A DNA stretch of 64,000 bases, taken from assembly GCF_009914755.1 (NCBI RefSeq), contig NC_060927.1; one strand, given 5' to 3'. The DNA is from the human T2T-CHM13v2.0 reference genome, Homo sapiens. Below the pieces are notes generated by a model. That model was given only the letters and a program-made list of their open reading frames with translations, did not search any database and was not told the DNA's origin. Shown piece after piece: positions 28,189 through 42,605 of this stretch (position 1 is its first letter; every line of letters begins with the position of its first letter). The position numbers were made by a program, and so were the translations under genes.

Positions 28189-29644
28189 AGCCCCAAAAAT
28201 AACTTTTAGTGCTCTATCCTCTACTTTGATAATTATTCAGAAGAATATTCAATGCATGAACCTAACTATGTAAAGCAGCAGGCATACAAAAATATTTTTT
28301 TCTCATGCCAAGCATATTATAGACACTATTCCTGAGATTTGAAAAAAGAAACATGTGTGCCACAGGTAATGTAAACAATATTCCTAGATATTTTTTGTTA
28401 TCTCATGGTGGAAAAAAAATTGGCTTTGCTGCAAGCTGATTAGGAGATGAAGAATAAATATTATTTTGCAAAGAAATTCTGTTTATCTATCATAGTAATT
28501 GCATCACATTCACTTCTTTTTGTATTAAACTTTTGTTCCTTATATTAAAAAATCTCTTGGCAAAATGTTCCTAACTTTTCCCTTGCTTCCACATAAATAA
28601 TTGAGACACAGAAGGTATATGGTCTGACTGACTTTAGGAAAAATATCTACCCTTAATAAATGAGAAAATTCATTGAAACGGCTCCTCACATTGAGTAGGA
28701 TGAGTAAGCAGTCAACAAACACATTTTAGCTAGTGCTAGCATCAGTGAGGGCACCATCAAGCTTTGGACAAGGTAACACAATTTAGATTCTGACTGCCTG
28801 GCCCACAGTTTCCCATGTCTTGAAGAAGCAAATAGGACTTTCAATCAGTAATGTTAACAGCTTCTTTGACTTAGAAAAAAAAAAAACTGTGGAAGAGAAT
28901 ATCAAGTGAAACAAAGCAACATTTATAAATGTGAATCTAAAGAAAGTTTTGCTCTCTTTTATTTCCTATTGTTTTACAAGCATATTTGCTTTATTTCACA
29001 TTGACTAGTCATGTTAAAAATTGAAGAAGCTCATCACTTTGTGTTTATGTTGATGTTAGAAAAAGACAAGACAAAAACTCTGTTCCATAAGCCAAAAAGT
29101 TGCTGATATCAAATATGCCTGTGTAATATAGGCATCCCCCTTAATATCACCTTAAACATTTATGTACCGTTTAAATCTCTGTTACCTTGAGAACTTGGTT
29201 TTGGGGGTTTTCTGTTTTGGTTGGTTGGTTTTGATTGTTTTGGTTGAGTTTTTGTTTTTATTTTTTAATCTGTAAAATGAGTCACAGCTTCCTGACAGAA
29301 GAGAAGGAAAGACTAATGTGTTAATATTTTAAAAGAACACTCAGGTAAGTACTCTGCTTACCTCCCTGTAAGTCTTATGGGTATTGTAAACAGCAAATGG
29401 ATTAAGAAGACTAGAAAGGCATAAACACATGCTTTGCATGTGATTTTATAAGATTATTGCAAAAATGAACTCTCCGTACACAGGCTAATCGGAGACATTA
29501 CAGGGTTGCTGAAAATGCTCTGAAGAAAGCAATCATGTCACATGGTGCAGTAAACAAATGCTGGAGTTGTGGAGTTTTGGGGGTTGGGTTATTGTCAAGA
29601 AAGCAGAGTGCTGGCTGGCATTGATGTAACTGTAATTATTTATA

Positions 29645-29830
29645 ATAGAGCTTCTCAAAAATTAGCTAGTATTCCTGGATGATAAAACATAAGACTGTTG
29701 GGCCCTATGTACAAAGTTTCTGATTCACTAGGTATGGGTTAGGTCCTAGAATTTCTAATACGTCTCTAAGTGATGCTGGTGTTTATCTAAGTGATGCTAG
29801 TGTTCCTGATGAGACCATTGAAAGAGGAGT
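29645..29830. mobile_element. MER5A-like (hAT-Charlie)
   Basis: gcttctcaaa...actgttgggccc...agtttctgattcactaggtatggg...tttctaa...gtgatgctg. Internal tandem duplication of tctaagtgatgct(g/a)gtgtt. Confidence 0.65.
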
Positions 29831-30357
29831 TTAAACTAAATTAAGAGCAGGTAAGGAATGTAAATATGAGAAGCTGTCACAGTAGAATGTAGTGAAACTT
29901 TGACAAGAGAGAAGTATGCCCTGCCTAAAGTATTCAAGTTGAAAATAAAATAGTAATACCAACAACAATTATAATAAACGCAGTTTTAAGCAAAATTAAA
30001 GGATATGAGCCTGATTCATCCTGTCTGCTTCTTGAATTTCAAGATTTCTTAGGGTCCTTCTCTAAATTTTTATATACTCCAAGTACAAACTTGATTATGA
30101 CTTTATTGAATTTGGTCTCTATATTTTCATAGCGGAAAACTGAGGCTCATGGAGAAAATTAGAAAATTTAGTGAGAAAGCCACAGTGAAAAATCTCAAAA
30201 AGAGGGACTTTTCAAAAATAATTACAGACACCTAGGAATTTAAGAGGTAGGCTGCCACTTGCTGCAGGAAGCTCAGGAGAAACTGATAAAAGTCCTGGAC
30301 AACAAGTATTAATAGCTTGTTGTAAAAGTATCCAAGGGCTGGCACTTAAGGAAAAGA

Positions 30358-30606
30358 AAGCCAATATTTATTGGAGGTCTATGATATGCTGTAATTTCTT
30401 CTAGGCATCTTTTGAATGTTTTTCTCATTTATCTTCACAATTATTCTATAAGATGGTATTGTTAGTACATTTTACAGATAGGAATCTAAAACTCAGAAAC
30501 ATTAAGAAGCTTGCCTGATGTCACATATCTAGTAAATGTGAGATCTGGGAGCTGAACAGAGGCCTGTCTTTCTCCAGTGACCATTTGGTTTTTGTTATAT
30601 CACTGG
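30358..30606 (-). mobile_element. MIR, near full length
   Basis: ctcatttatcttcacaa...catttacagataggaatctaaaactcagaaacattaagaagcttgcctgatgtcacatatctagtaaatgtgaga. Confidence 0.75.
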
Positions 30607-31551
30607 CTTCTGCTCAGCCGCAAAATTGAGAACATGAGAGAACTGTTTCTACATGAAACCCCTCCCTAAGTCTACTTTTCTATCTGAAAAAAGAAATTAG
30701 CAAATTCTTTTCAGATAGTCAAATAACAGAACCATTATCATCCTGGAAGACAGACAGTACTTTTAATTATTTTATCAAAATACTCCGGAGAAAGGAAAGT
30801 AAAATGCAAAGAGCATAAGTTTTAGCAGCCAACTAAGCTAAATTTAAATCATGGTTTCATTACTTCTTGTCAGTCTGCTTTTCTCAGTAACATACCAGGG
30901 TGAGGTAAATTATATCTAAGTAATATGAGAATAAACAGACCTATATGACCCAACTTAAATTTAACTGATATAAATAAAATGTTCAAGCATAATCGCTGCC
31001 ATATTACAGATGTTATAGAAATATTATTTCCTTCTACCTTTGTCTAAGTTAATATGATAAGCCAAAACACTCAGAAAATGCTCTTACTACTTGTTAGCAA
31101 CTCACTTTTGTTTTTCTCAGCAGTCCCTTATCTGAACTCTTTTACTTTTGTTTCCTGTTCCATTGGTCTCTTCTGCTTTGCAATGCTTCTAATGCTTCTA
31201 ATCTTTTACTGAGCAAAAATGCCTTTGTCTCATACTCTCTTATAAAATACATATTAGCCCAGATCCTAACATTCTCTAAAGAAAAGATGCTACTGAATGC
31301 AATGTTTAAGTAGCCTGAAATTGCACCTGCATTATCATATTTCATACTTTCATATTTTTGTTTATATTTCTTTGAAATTAGTTTTAGTCTTTCCTGTGTA
31401 TAAGAATAAATATGCTCATTGTAGGAAATACTAAAAATGCAGAATTTTTGTAAAGTCCTCCAAAATTCTGCAACTCAGAAAAACCTCCACATTGTTAGTA
31501 TTCTCAAAAAAAATTTTTTTTTTGCAGGCTTCCTTTCACTGGCTTCCTTTC

Positions 31552-31553
<2 letters not shown>

Positions 31554-31589
<36 letters not shown>
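31554..31589. repeat. (TG)18 microsatellite preceded by a 14-bp tandem duplication
   Basis: ggcttcctttcact twice (31527-31554), then the TG run. Lies in a probable old L1M fragment. Confidence 0.95.
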
Positions 31590-31590
<1 letters not shown>

Positions 31591-34500
31591 TCATAATTGG
31601 CTTCTAAATGGGTTATTTCACTTGAAATAATACCATATTCTTTTTCTTTTGTCATTAGAAAATAATTTAATAACATAGTTTTTAATGGCTGCATAATAGT
31701 TCATCATATAGCTATCCCTGCTTTATTTGTTTATAATCTCTCCTGGGAAAAGCACTGCAATACAAATATCTATTTAAATTGCCATTGCTTGAAAAATAGA
31801 ACTAATGAGAAAAGACACAATTACAATGCATATTCAGTCTCATAATTACAGAGTTTGTACAGCTGTGGCTTTGGCAACAGAAGAATTAATTAAAATATCA
31901 AAAATTCACTATCATTCACTAAGTGACTCATGAATAGTTTTACAAGTTTATATTGTATATTGTTCTTATGAAAATGTTCATTGATATACCATTTTGTTAT
32001 TGTTAGGAAGGAAATAATTTTCTATAAATATTTGTTGAGTAAACAGAAATAAAAAAGACTTTTGTATCTTTATATTCCTATGGTACTAAAAATATTTTCC
32101 AAGAAGGGAAATACCATTTCCTAACATTACACAAAATACATATGATAGATGGACAGAGGTTTATATAGTCATTGAAAGAATATTTCAGATTTTAAATTTT
32201 AATTACTTTGTTCATATTCAAATTCCTCTATCAATTCTTTATTCACAGCTGCTATGTGAATCCAAGCAAATTTTTCATCTAGAGACCCTCTCTTGCAAAA
32301 TCTTTAAAGACAGTTGAACTAAACAATTCTTATGTCCATGTCAGCCCTAAAATCCTACATTTCTGTGTTCTAACAGGTTAATTAATATGGTTTCTAAATC
32401 AAAGCATAATAAAATTATATTAGGTACCTTGTTTTTGAGGATGAAAGAGAATATGCTCAAAAAGCTTTATTAATATTTTTCAGGTATACTGCTATATGTC
32501 AGCTAAAACTTTGGAAATTAAATAATTACATAAAGTATTATGACTATAACTGCTGATTATATAGAACACATGTAGGCACAAAACATGCATCTAAAAAAGA
32601 TCTTGCTTACTTAAAAAAAAATCCTGTTTTTAGAGCACTATTTGTTTTGATAAGATAAACCATTTGTGTAAGGCACAATGAATGGCAAAATTCTTTTATC
32701 TTATCAAATAGAGGGTTACATAGGAAAGGATGCATTCTCCAGAATTTTGATAGTGTAAAATATTTAATACTGTAAGAGTTCTTAGTGGATCAGTAAAGAC
32801 ATACCATGAAAAGTTATTTTTGAGGAGTACTTAAGCAGTTACAGTGTTATCATATGAAGGCAAATTATAATATTCCTTCTTACTAGCCAGGCCTCCATGT
32901 ACTTTTTGATCTTTTCCCTAAATGCATTTCATATTCCTTGGTTATATCTGAAGAAAGCCAATACCTTTAGTCCAAACATAGGAGAAAAGTAATCGGGGCT
33001 TTCACTGCAATCCAGTAGATGAATACATTATTTATTGATAACCTTTGTTATGTGTACACAGCTGGGGATGGAGGTGTGGTCAAAGTGTGGTAGAGATCAC
33101 CAGAGGACACTTCAGACACCACTAGGACTGGTATGGCTTTCTCCTCTTCACTCCTGTTTTAAAGATTGCTCAGACTTTTTCAAGAAATGTGTAGAAATAT
33201 GTTTGAGGCTCAGCATGCTTCTCTTATTTTGCTGATAAAGAGTCTCTGGCATTAGCCAGACTTCTTGGAATAGTAATATTTTTTAATAGCAAACTAACAT
33301 GTCCTCTAACAAAAACCTTCCCTTCCCACTTTTTTTTAACCAGTTTGCTGAGTATCATGTTAGTATTCACTTTTTTCTTCATAAGAGCCTAAAATGCCTT
33401 GCATTTTGGCAAAGTGAATTTATTTTATTTTTTAGCTTCTACATTATTTAAAACAAAAAGTGTCGACTGCTTGAACTTTCATTTTTATGTCAATCAATAT
33501 TTCCTGGTCTCCTTTTCAAACGAGCTGACTTTTCTGAAGATTTTTAAGAGGCCACCTGATTTCAGGAGTAAAAATAAATAAATGAGAAGAAAGTATTTAC
33601 TATTTTCAACTACATCTGTGGCAAAGAATCAAAATGTGCATATATCCCAACTGCGAAGTATCTCTAGTTAAAATATAAGCTGTTTAACATTAACTTTAAT
33701 GTTAGCAACCTCACAAATGCCTTCTCTACAAGTCAGGGCCTCACAGAAAGCCATAAAAGGAAAGGAATATAATTTCTCTTGCTGGCACTTACTGAAAAGC
33801 TAAAATAGAATAGTAACAGAAATCATATTTGCCAGCCCTAACTGAAGGAATTGTGAAACATCTCAGAAGATTGTAAGTTATTATAAAAATGTTGTAATTA
33901 CCATGCTATTAACTATGCCTTATAGGAGTTGAAACTTTTGTTTAACCAAAAATTATTTCAAGAACAGACAGCTAATTACTTACATTTAGAAAATATATTG
34001 CATACAAAGATATGGAGCATTTTAAAACGTAGCTTTAGGTTGAAATGCAGTAGTCCATTTTTTACTCCCTAATAAGAACTAGGATTTTTGAAATGATATT
34101 TTCAAGTATAGTAATAATATCTTTGAAATAATTCACTTATTTTTCCAGTTGCTGGCTTCAAAAGATTTTTAAAAACTGTGTCATTTATTTCATAAATTCT
34201 GAATTCTTTAAAGCAAACATGAGTGTGTGAAAGTTAGTTAAAGCACACCTACAGTAAGAAATTACGTGATTCTTACAGTGAGTTATTGCTCTTTTTAAAA
34301 GTGATTCATTGACTATGGCTTGGGTAGCTTAACCCTTTGAAGTACACATATCTGCATATACAGATTACACATGTTTTGAAAAAATGCGTAAGTTTTGAAT
34401 TACAGGTATGTATGTGGAATTGTGAGGTCAATACAGAAAGTTTGGATAAAATGCCACTTTGGCAGAACGCTAAAGATTAGTGTCAGCTGTGGGATCTTTT

Positions 34501-36939
34501 TGTTGATGTAATAATGCACATTTCAGTTCACCTTAAACAATGACTATCTTGACTACTGTATTATGTCATTATATACTGCATTTATGGCTCTTTCAGGAAT
34601 AATTGTGAAAGCTTTATTGAATTATTTTTCATTTCTTTTCTAATTACAATTTTCAATTTATGTCATATCCAAGGGAACATAACAAGAAACTAAATCAATT
34701 TATTTCTCTGTGTTTCTTTTTTAATAAAAAGAAAACTAAGCTTTTCTGATTTTTTTCTGAAATTGCTTTTTTATGCTTTCTTAAAAACAAATTTATCTTT
34801 AAATTTAAATTCAAATATGAAACCCCTTGCCAAGATACATGTTTAGCTTTTTTTTTTCCTTCAGAGAATTTTTTTCCTGGTAAGAATAATTTATATGGCT
34901 GAGGCTTTAGTCCCAAAACAGTTTTAAATTGAAAAAAAAGTGGCTTTTAAGAAACCGAAATGCCCATTTTTTGTCTTAAATGAGTCTACCAATGCCTCCT
35001 TTCTCCTTTCCTCCACTATCCTCCCTCACTCACACTTCAACAAGTATACCCCCACACTATTTTTCACACTGTTTCTTCCCTAGAGTAAGTCCTTTTCAGG
35101 CTACCTGGTGGTTTGTCCACAGCCTAGGCAATGCAAATATCACCCAAATGAGTCCCTGAGATACATGTTAATAGAAGCTATACAATGTAATGTTAAGAAC
35201 CAGTTGGCTTCTCTGTCTCCAAATACTGATCTAATACATGTTTGCAGATTAGATTTACAATGGATGAATTTACATACAGTTCTGTGCTCTGTAGAGAAAT
35301 GTAGTTGCTTTAGAGTCGGAACGGCAAAATGTGGCTCTTCTGAACCTAGAAGAGAAAATTCTGACCCCTCCTCCTTCCCCATTTTAATGGTTTGACTAAC
35401 CACAGACAAACACCCTTAGCATATTTGGGGAAGTAAGTTGTTATTTTATCGGTTTGAGGACTTCTCTAAACTTATCTTTTATATGCTCTCCAGCCCTAGG
35501 CTGTGATGTTTTCTGGTTGTCTTTAAATATCTGAAGAGGCAAAAGCTCTTGCTCTCAGTTCTTATTAACTTCTCGTCACAACAGGAATAGTCTGTTAATC
35601 TAATTTGCCTATAAACTTATTTTTTTCTTTCCTTGGTTTTCTACCCATAACATTCCCCAACTTAATTTGCTGCTTGGAACTTCTATATTGAAGACCACCC
35701 ATTTCCTTATCTATTCCCTGCTCATTCTTCACTGTGTCTATGGATATATCTGATGCTCTCTATTCTTAAAAGGATGAGAAAATAAGAAATAGGAAGAAAC
35801 TGAGGGGTTGTTTTAAAACTCAACCAATAAATTATTGACATTACACCTAGCTGATACAAATCTATACACTCGTGGGTTCAAGAAATTTCATTTTCTTTTA
35901 CGATCACGATTTAAAAGTGTAATTCTAACTCTGAGACATCTTCCCATTGGGATGACAGGAAATTCAATCCCAGGCACTCTCGGTACTCCCCATCTTCTCT
36001 CCCTCCTCTTCCCCCAGGCCCAGAGTGTTAAGGAATAGAAGTCACAAATATGATGTGGAAACAGTAAAAGGTGGCACCTTTTCAAGATTGTGCCCCTCCT
36101 CTACATAGGCCCATCTGATTTCTGATCTTGCTTGGACAGATCTTCTGTATTTTCAACAGAAGGCATAAATGTGAATTTTTATGTGAATTCTCTCAAATTA
36201 TAAATATTTATTTAAATGATGCCATTTAAAAATATATAGCTTTAAGCCAATTCAGCCCATTGGCCACCATTTTACAACTTCTATCTTGGACATGGTAAGT
36301 GCCATAAGGGCACTTGCCATCAGGCTGCTTCGGCCTTTCTGCCCTGCGTGAAGGCAAGGGTCGGCCTGGCTATCTGTCTGATAACTTTTCAGAGCCCAGG
36401 GGCTCAGGGGAGATGCTCACTTAGATAGCCTCTACCCTAACATTTGGTGATTATCATTTATTACAGAGTACTTTGTGCTTCAGGAGTTCTCTAGTTCTAA
36501 AGGTTATTTGCACAAGCAAAACAATAAAAAATTAATTACACCAAATAGTAGGCATTGCATGGTTCTTATCAGGTGAAACTAGAGGAAGTATTTGGCATGT
36601 TTCTTTATTCTTTGCAGAGATTCCATAATTCCAACACTATGAGGAATATATTGGTAAAAGGAGAGAAGCTGGTGTCTGGCCCCCTAATACATGATGTGCT
36701 TCAAAAGTCCAGGCATGAGCAAATAGAAGATGTGTGAATCTGGACATGGATAAGGGAAAGAATGGAAAATAAAATTGCAAGAGATGATGTAGAGTAAACT
36801 GGATAGGATTTGGTACCAAAGATATAGACAGTGATTGGAGGAGGGCAGAGTAGACACAGATGTCTACAGTTTAAGGACTCTATGGATAAGAGGATGAATT
36901 TTCCCTTCAACAAAATATTGACTAATGCCAAATTAGTTT

Positions 36940-37200
36940 CAGATGATCTATAATCAGTTCTATTTTCAACAAATCAGATCATGACTCTCCGCATCTTAAA
37001 AGTTTCCATTGGCTCTCTGATACAAATGGGACACATTTTAGCCTCTTCTACTTGGTCTAAAAAGTCCTTTAACATACAACCTCAAACTGCCTCTCTAGTC
37101 CTTACATAGCACCCTGAATGCTCAATATTCTACATCTGCTCAAACACACTATTTTTTTCTTTGTTGTTTCTAAAACATGCCAGGCAAATGTCACAAGTAT
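36940..37200 (+). mobile_element. L2 fragment
   Basis: aacaaatcagatcatgactctccgcatcttaaaagtttccattggctctc...gtttctaaaacatgccaggca. Confidence 0.55.
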
Positions 37201-37966
37201 GTTGTATTCTCTGTTAAATTGGCAGAATAAGTTTATTTAAATCAGTTTGTGCCTAAAACAGCTCTCATTTTAGCTCTTGCCTATCTTTCCCCTACCCAGA
37301 TCCTTTGAAAACAACTTGAGATAGTGTACAGAATTATGGTCGTCCAATAGGTTTTTACTTTCTTAAGACTGATTATTTCAGTGAAAATAAAAATTCTCTA
37401 CCATTCTTACCAATTAAGTCACTTTGAACAAGTGACTGACTGTTTTTTTTTTAAGTTTGGGGTGCTAATTGTGAACATTAAATAAGACCATGTTTGTACA
37501 TTAGATAGTCAAAAAATGTTAGATTCCAATTAACTGATCAGCAATTTGGCCAAAAGGAAATTGAGACCACAAAAATACAGGAAATGGGAAAAGGGAGTGA
37601 AGGGTAGAAGAAAAAAAGAGGAAATATAGATAGTTGTATCCCTCCAACAAAGTCCCTTTAGATACTGTTTACTGGTAGACAGTAAATAGGCTCTTCCTAG
37701 AAAATTTAAAACATATATTTGTTAATTTATCAAGTGCTAGAAGTATAAATTTACTTAGTAAAATACTACTTCTATTAAAAAATTAGATAGCTTTGTAGAT
37801 AACTTATAAAAATACTTGATTCTCATTATCTATTGTGTCAACAAATCTTTAAAATGAGTACCATTCCCTGTCAAAATCACACTAATGCCATATTTTTGCA
37901 TAAAGTAAACATTCCTGATGACAGATGGAGGGCAATAAATATGCTTGAGAAAATACCTTATATTTC

Positions 37967-38263
<297 letters not shown>

Positions 38264-38324
38264 CTATTCTTCCCAAAAGACATCTCAAAGGTGAACTGTG
38301 AATGAAAATCATTTTCTACAGCAG

Positions 38325-38685
38325 TGATATGGTCTGGCTCTGTGACCCCACCCAAATCTCATCTCCAATAGTAACCCCCACATGTGGAGGGAAGGACCTG
38401 GTGGGAGGTGATTGGCTCATGGGGATGGTCTCCCCCATGCTATTCTCGTGATAGTGAATGAGTTCTCACAAGATCTGATGGTTTAAAAATGTGGAACTTC
38501 TCTCTTTCTCTCTCTCCTGCTGCCATGTAAGACCTGCTTTGCTTCCCCTTTGCCTTCTGATATGATTGTAAGTTTCTTGAGGCCTCCAGAGACATGTGAA
38601 ACTGTGAACCAGTTAAACTTTTTTTCTTTATAAATTATCCAGTCTCAAGTAGTTTTTTATAGCAGTGTGAATGTGGACTAATACA
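38325..38685 (+). mobile_element. THE1D-like solo LTR (MaLR)
   Basis: tgatatggtctggctctgtgaccccacccaaatctcatc...ggactaataca. 5-bp TSD agcag / agcgg. Confidence 0.9.
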
Positions 38686-39972
38686 AGCGGTAAGCTGGAT
38701 TTTGAGATAACTGACAGGAAGAAGTTTGGCTGGTAAAATGAACACTGTACTTCTGATACCCTTGGTTGTTTTCAGCTACCATCAGTTATAAGACTTCAGA
38801 AAGGTCTTGTTTGTGCCTGTCTTCAGAAAAAATAAAGAAAAGAAGGGAGAGAAAGAAGGGCAGGAAGGAGGAAGATAGGCTATATTGCCTTTGGTCTGGA
38901 ATTTCAGCCACAATTCCAGCCTTGTATTTGCTAAACACCTGTTTCTGGCCCTCTAGTTTAATTCTCCTGCTGTCCTAACCACTTAATGCTAGATCCATCT
39001 TTGTTCTCTGATCTCTGACATTGAACTTGGCTGAAATTTGTCATACTCTATTCTCTTTCCCATAAAGGTAGTCTGTGTTCATTCCTAGCAAATGACTGTC
39101 TTGTGCCAAAGGTCATCCACCATTTAGTCAAGCTTCCCCACCTCAACAGAGTCTAGAGAATTAGATTCACAAATCCTCCCACTTATACCTCTATCGCTAC
39201 TGTGCAACTCCCCATTCTATTCATAAAACTGGCTACTCATAAGAAGAATATCTTTAGGAAATGGTTTGTGGCTGTGGAAAGCTCAGAGATAGCCCTCTGG
39301 CTCAAAGGAAGAGTTAATTTAAGTCACTTCAAACAGATTACGTATCTGTTTTTTCCCTCTCTGTCTCCCCAATCCATTTTCTATGATTAGAAAATAATGT
39401 TTAAAAGTGATTTGTGATTCAGCTCTTGCTGCAAAGTGGGTATTTGTAGTTACAACTACAAATTGGCTTAACCAATTAAAGTCTTTGTGCAAAAAACCTT
39501 GAGATGAGAAGGTGCTTACACTGACAAACCAGTCAAGATAAAGCTTTTCAAAGCATCTGTCAGGAGGAGACATATGGAGTGAACACTGCAAATGAGGACA
39601 GCTAACTTGTCCTTGTCCTTCTCCTGTCTTTTCACTTTTCAGAAAGGTTCAGAGAAAGAAGGTACACAACTTTCACTATAATTCATTCCAGTGATTCTCC
39701 TAACATTGAGGCTAGGAAGTTTAGTTCTTTTAAGCGCGCATCTCCTTTTTTCCTATAGCCATTTAGATCCATTTACCTTTCTGCTGAATTCAATGGCAGC
39801 TGTTCAGTCCTCCGGTGTACCTGTTTCATAGTCTTTGCTAGTGTTTGATGTACTTACTATGTCTAGTTTATATCAACTTGTTCCTTTTGACTCATTTCCT
39901 TAGGTACAGTCTCAAGGTTTTCATCACTGTTCAGTTTTCAAGATGTTCATTGTAGTGATCTGTGTCCTTATC

Positions 39973-40450
39973 TGTATCAACGTAGGATTTAGTTTGCATA
40001 CATTAATGCAGGCTTAGAAAAACAATAAACACATTTGTCTTTTCTAATGTAATAAGGAATCTGGAAATAGTAACTGCTGCTGGTTCATCAGCTCATCAGC
40101 TCAAAAAATGTTAGGACTTGGCTCCCTCAGATCCCCTAGATACTTGTGATTACATGATATCTGCACCATCTTCAGTCATCAGTCCAAATTCAAGGCAAGA
40201 GAAAGAAGGACAGGGAAAAGGTCAAGAGGCCCTACACCTGGTCAGGGCAGCTGAATCTGCTAGCCCCTTTAAAGAGCTTTCCCAGAACTGTATCCAATGA
40301 CTTCACTTACATTACTCTGGCCAACTATAATGGTAGGGAGGACTAGAAAGTTTCGTATTTTAGGTAGGCTCCTTGACCTTCATACAAAAATTTTATATTT
40401 TGTTAGGAAGGGAAAGGAGAGAATTAATATTAGGTAAACAGTGAACAGCC
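39973..40450 (-). mobile_element. MLT1J/K-like MaLR LTR
   Basis: taataaggaatctggaaatag...gctggttcatcagctca...atgacttcacttacattactctggcca...agggaggactagaaa. Confidence 0.5.
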
Positions 40451-40537
40451 TATATTATAATGTCTTTCTCTTCTATAGGATCATAAATCCTTATTCATAA
40501 GAGAAAAAGCACAAGTTTTTAGATTAAGGACCCATGG

Positions 40538-40973
40538 TGTAATGGTTAATTTTATGTGTCAACTTGACTAGGCCACAGTAACCTAATATTTGGTCAAACA
40601 TTAGCCTAGATGTCATTTTGAGGGTACTGTTTAGATGTGATTAACATTTAAATTAGTAGGCTTTGAATAAAGCAGATAATTGTTCATAACGTGGGTAGTT
40701 ATCATCTAGTCAGTTGAAGGCCTCAATAGAAAAAGACTGAAATTCCCAAAGGAAGAGAGAATTCTGCCTCTAAACTACCTTCAGACTCAAACTGCAGCAT
40801 CAGCTCTTTCCTGGATTTTCAGCCTGATGATCTGCCTTAGATTTCAGACTTCCCAGCCTCCACAGTCAATTCCTTAAAATCTCTCTCTCATTCTCTCTCT
40901 CTGTATGTTTGCAGAAAACATACACCCACATACATATTCACGTGGTTCTGTTTCTCTAGAGAACTTTAATATA
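40538..40973 (+). mobile_element. MLT2B/MLT2D solo LTR (ERVL) inserted in a MIR
   Basis: tgtaatggttaattttatgtgtcaacttgactaggccacag...tggttctgtttctctagagaac. MIR-like sequence on both flanks. Confidence 0.85.
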
Positions 40974-42374
40974 CTGAGTTTGAATTTGGGATTCCAGACC
41001 AACTAGTTAGGTAAATTTGGACGGGTACCTAAGATTCAGAATCAGTTGGTATAAACTAGGAATACCAGGGATGTAAAGGCTGTGTTCTAAAACCTTGAAT
41101 AGGTATATGGATGGTGGGTGGGAAGTACGTGGGAGGAATCTTCGGTCTTCTCATTTCATTGCTGTACTCTTGTTTCAACTGCACCTTCATTTCTGTTTAT
41201 TGGGATTTGAAAATTTGAGCTTCCCCATTAAATTTTATTTGAAGAAGTTGATCTGATTAAAATAACACAGCAACTGATCTTTAAGTTTCAGTTTAGTTCT
41301 GACAAATAAGTTTTTTAATTAAATGGATTTAGCTCAAGATATTCTGGGATCTCCAACTGGTAGGGTCAGTTGGGATTTTAAGGGTAGGAGCTGATCCAAA
41401 GTAGATGAGATCCCCTAAAATATTCAATGCCCCAAATCACAGTGTCCTAAGAGGTGTTGCTAACCTAGACTCAATTAGTATAAATATATGGGGGATTCAG
41501 TCTAGTGTGTAAAGAACAACGGTGGGAGTTGTCTGACAGTGAAGAAAGTTGAAGTCGGTGTGTTGTGGTGTCATCGGTTGAAGTCATTGTTTAGTTTGGT
41601 CTGAGGCTGCACAGGTAATTCTCTGCCCTCATTCTGGAAGTGGGGGAGGTGGTCCTGATACATCACTCACTCTTAATCAGACTCCCTCAGGAGCAGAGAT
41701 TACTCTTGACACCTAAGTCTGTTAACACAGTGAGTCTAGAGAGGACAAATAAGATCTGACACTGAGATCACACAGGGCCTTTTTATTACATAAAACTTTT
41801 TGCCCACAAGAGATATTCAATAAAAACATGTTAAATAAATAAATCCACTGTAACACTGTAACTTAAACATTGAGTCTAAAGGTCAGCACACTGTTTAATG
41901 TAAAAGTATATGTGTGTTCTTAAGGAGATGTTCTCATTAGATAGGGATTTGTCAAAGTTTCAGAGATTATTTCTTCTCGGAAGGAAATTCTTGTTTTTCA
42001 AGCTCTAAGAACAGTTCTAGAGAAAGATGTCAAATTAACAAGAAAATCGATATATGGTGTTTTAGACCATCTTACCACGTATTTTTCTCTTTTTTATTAG
42101 GCTACATGAGAACATCTCTACAAGGAGAAAAAATAATTTTTATCATAATATTAAGAAATACAATACAAATAGAGTTTACTGTTGGAACTAACTCTATAAT
42201 TGACCGAAATTAGTTCTCTGTGAAATTTGACCAATAGATTTTTTTTTCTATCGTTCAGTTTATTCTGTAATAGCTTTAGGAGAGCTATTACTGACCAAAT
42301 GACTATCAAGATGTAGCTTTAATTTTATAACATAAAGTCTGTAGCAGTATAAATAATCAAGAGCTGTTGTTCTT

Positions 42375-42605
42375 GACATTGTTGTTAGCAGGCTCTAATT
42401 CCTGAGAATTCTGAGTACAATTCTGCAGCCTTGGATAAGTTACTTGGTTTCTATAAATTTCAACACTTCTCTCATGTGGTAAATAGAAATAATAATAATA
42501 GCACCTATTCCCTGATGTGTACTGATTTTGGAGATTAAATGAAAAAGTGCGTATAAAATGCTTAGCCAAGTGTCTAACACCTAATGTTTGAAAATTAGAT
42601 GTTTT
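42375..42605 (+). mobile_element. MIR
   Basis: ccttggataagttactt...aataataatagcaccta...gattaaatgaaaaagtgcgtataaaatgcttagc. Confidence 0.75.
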
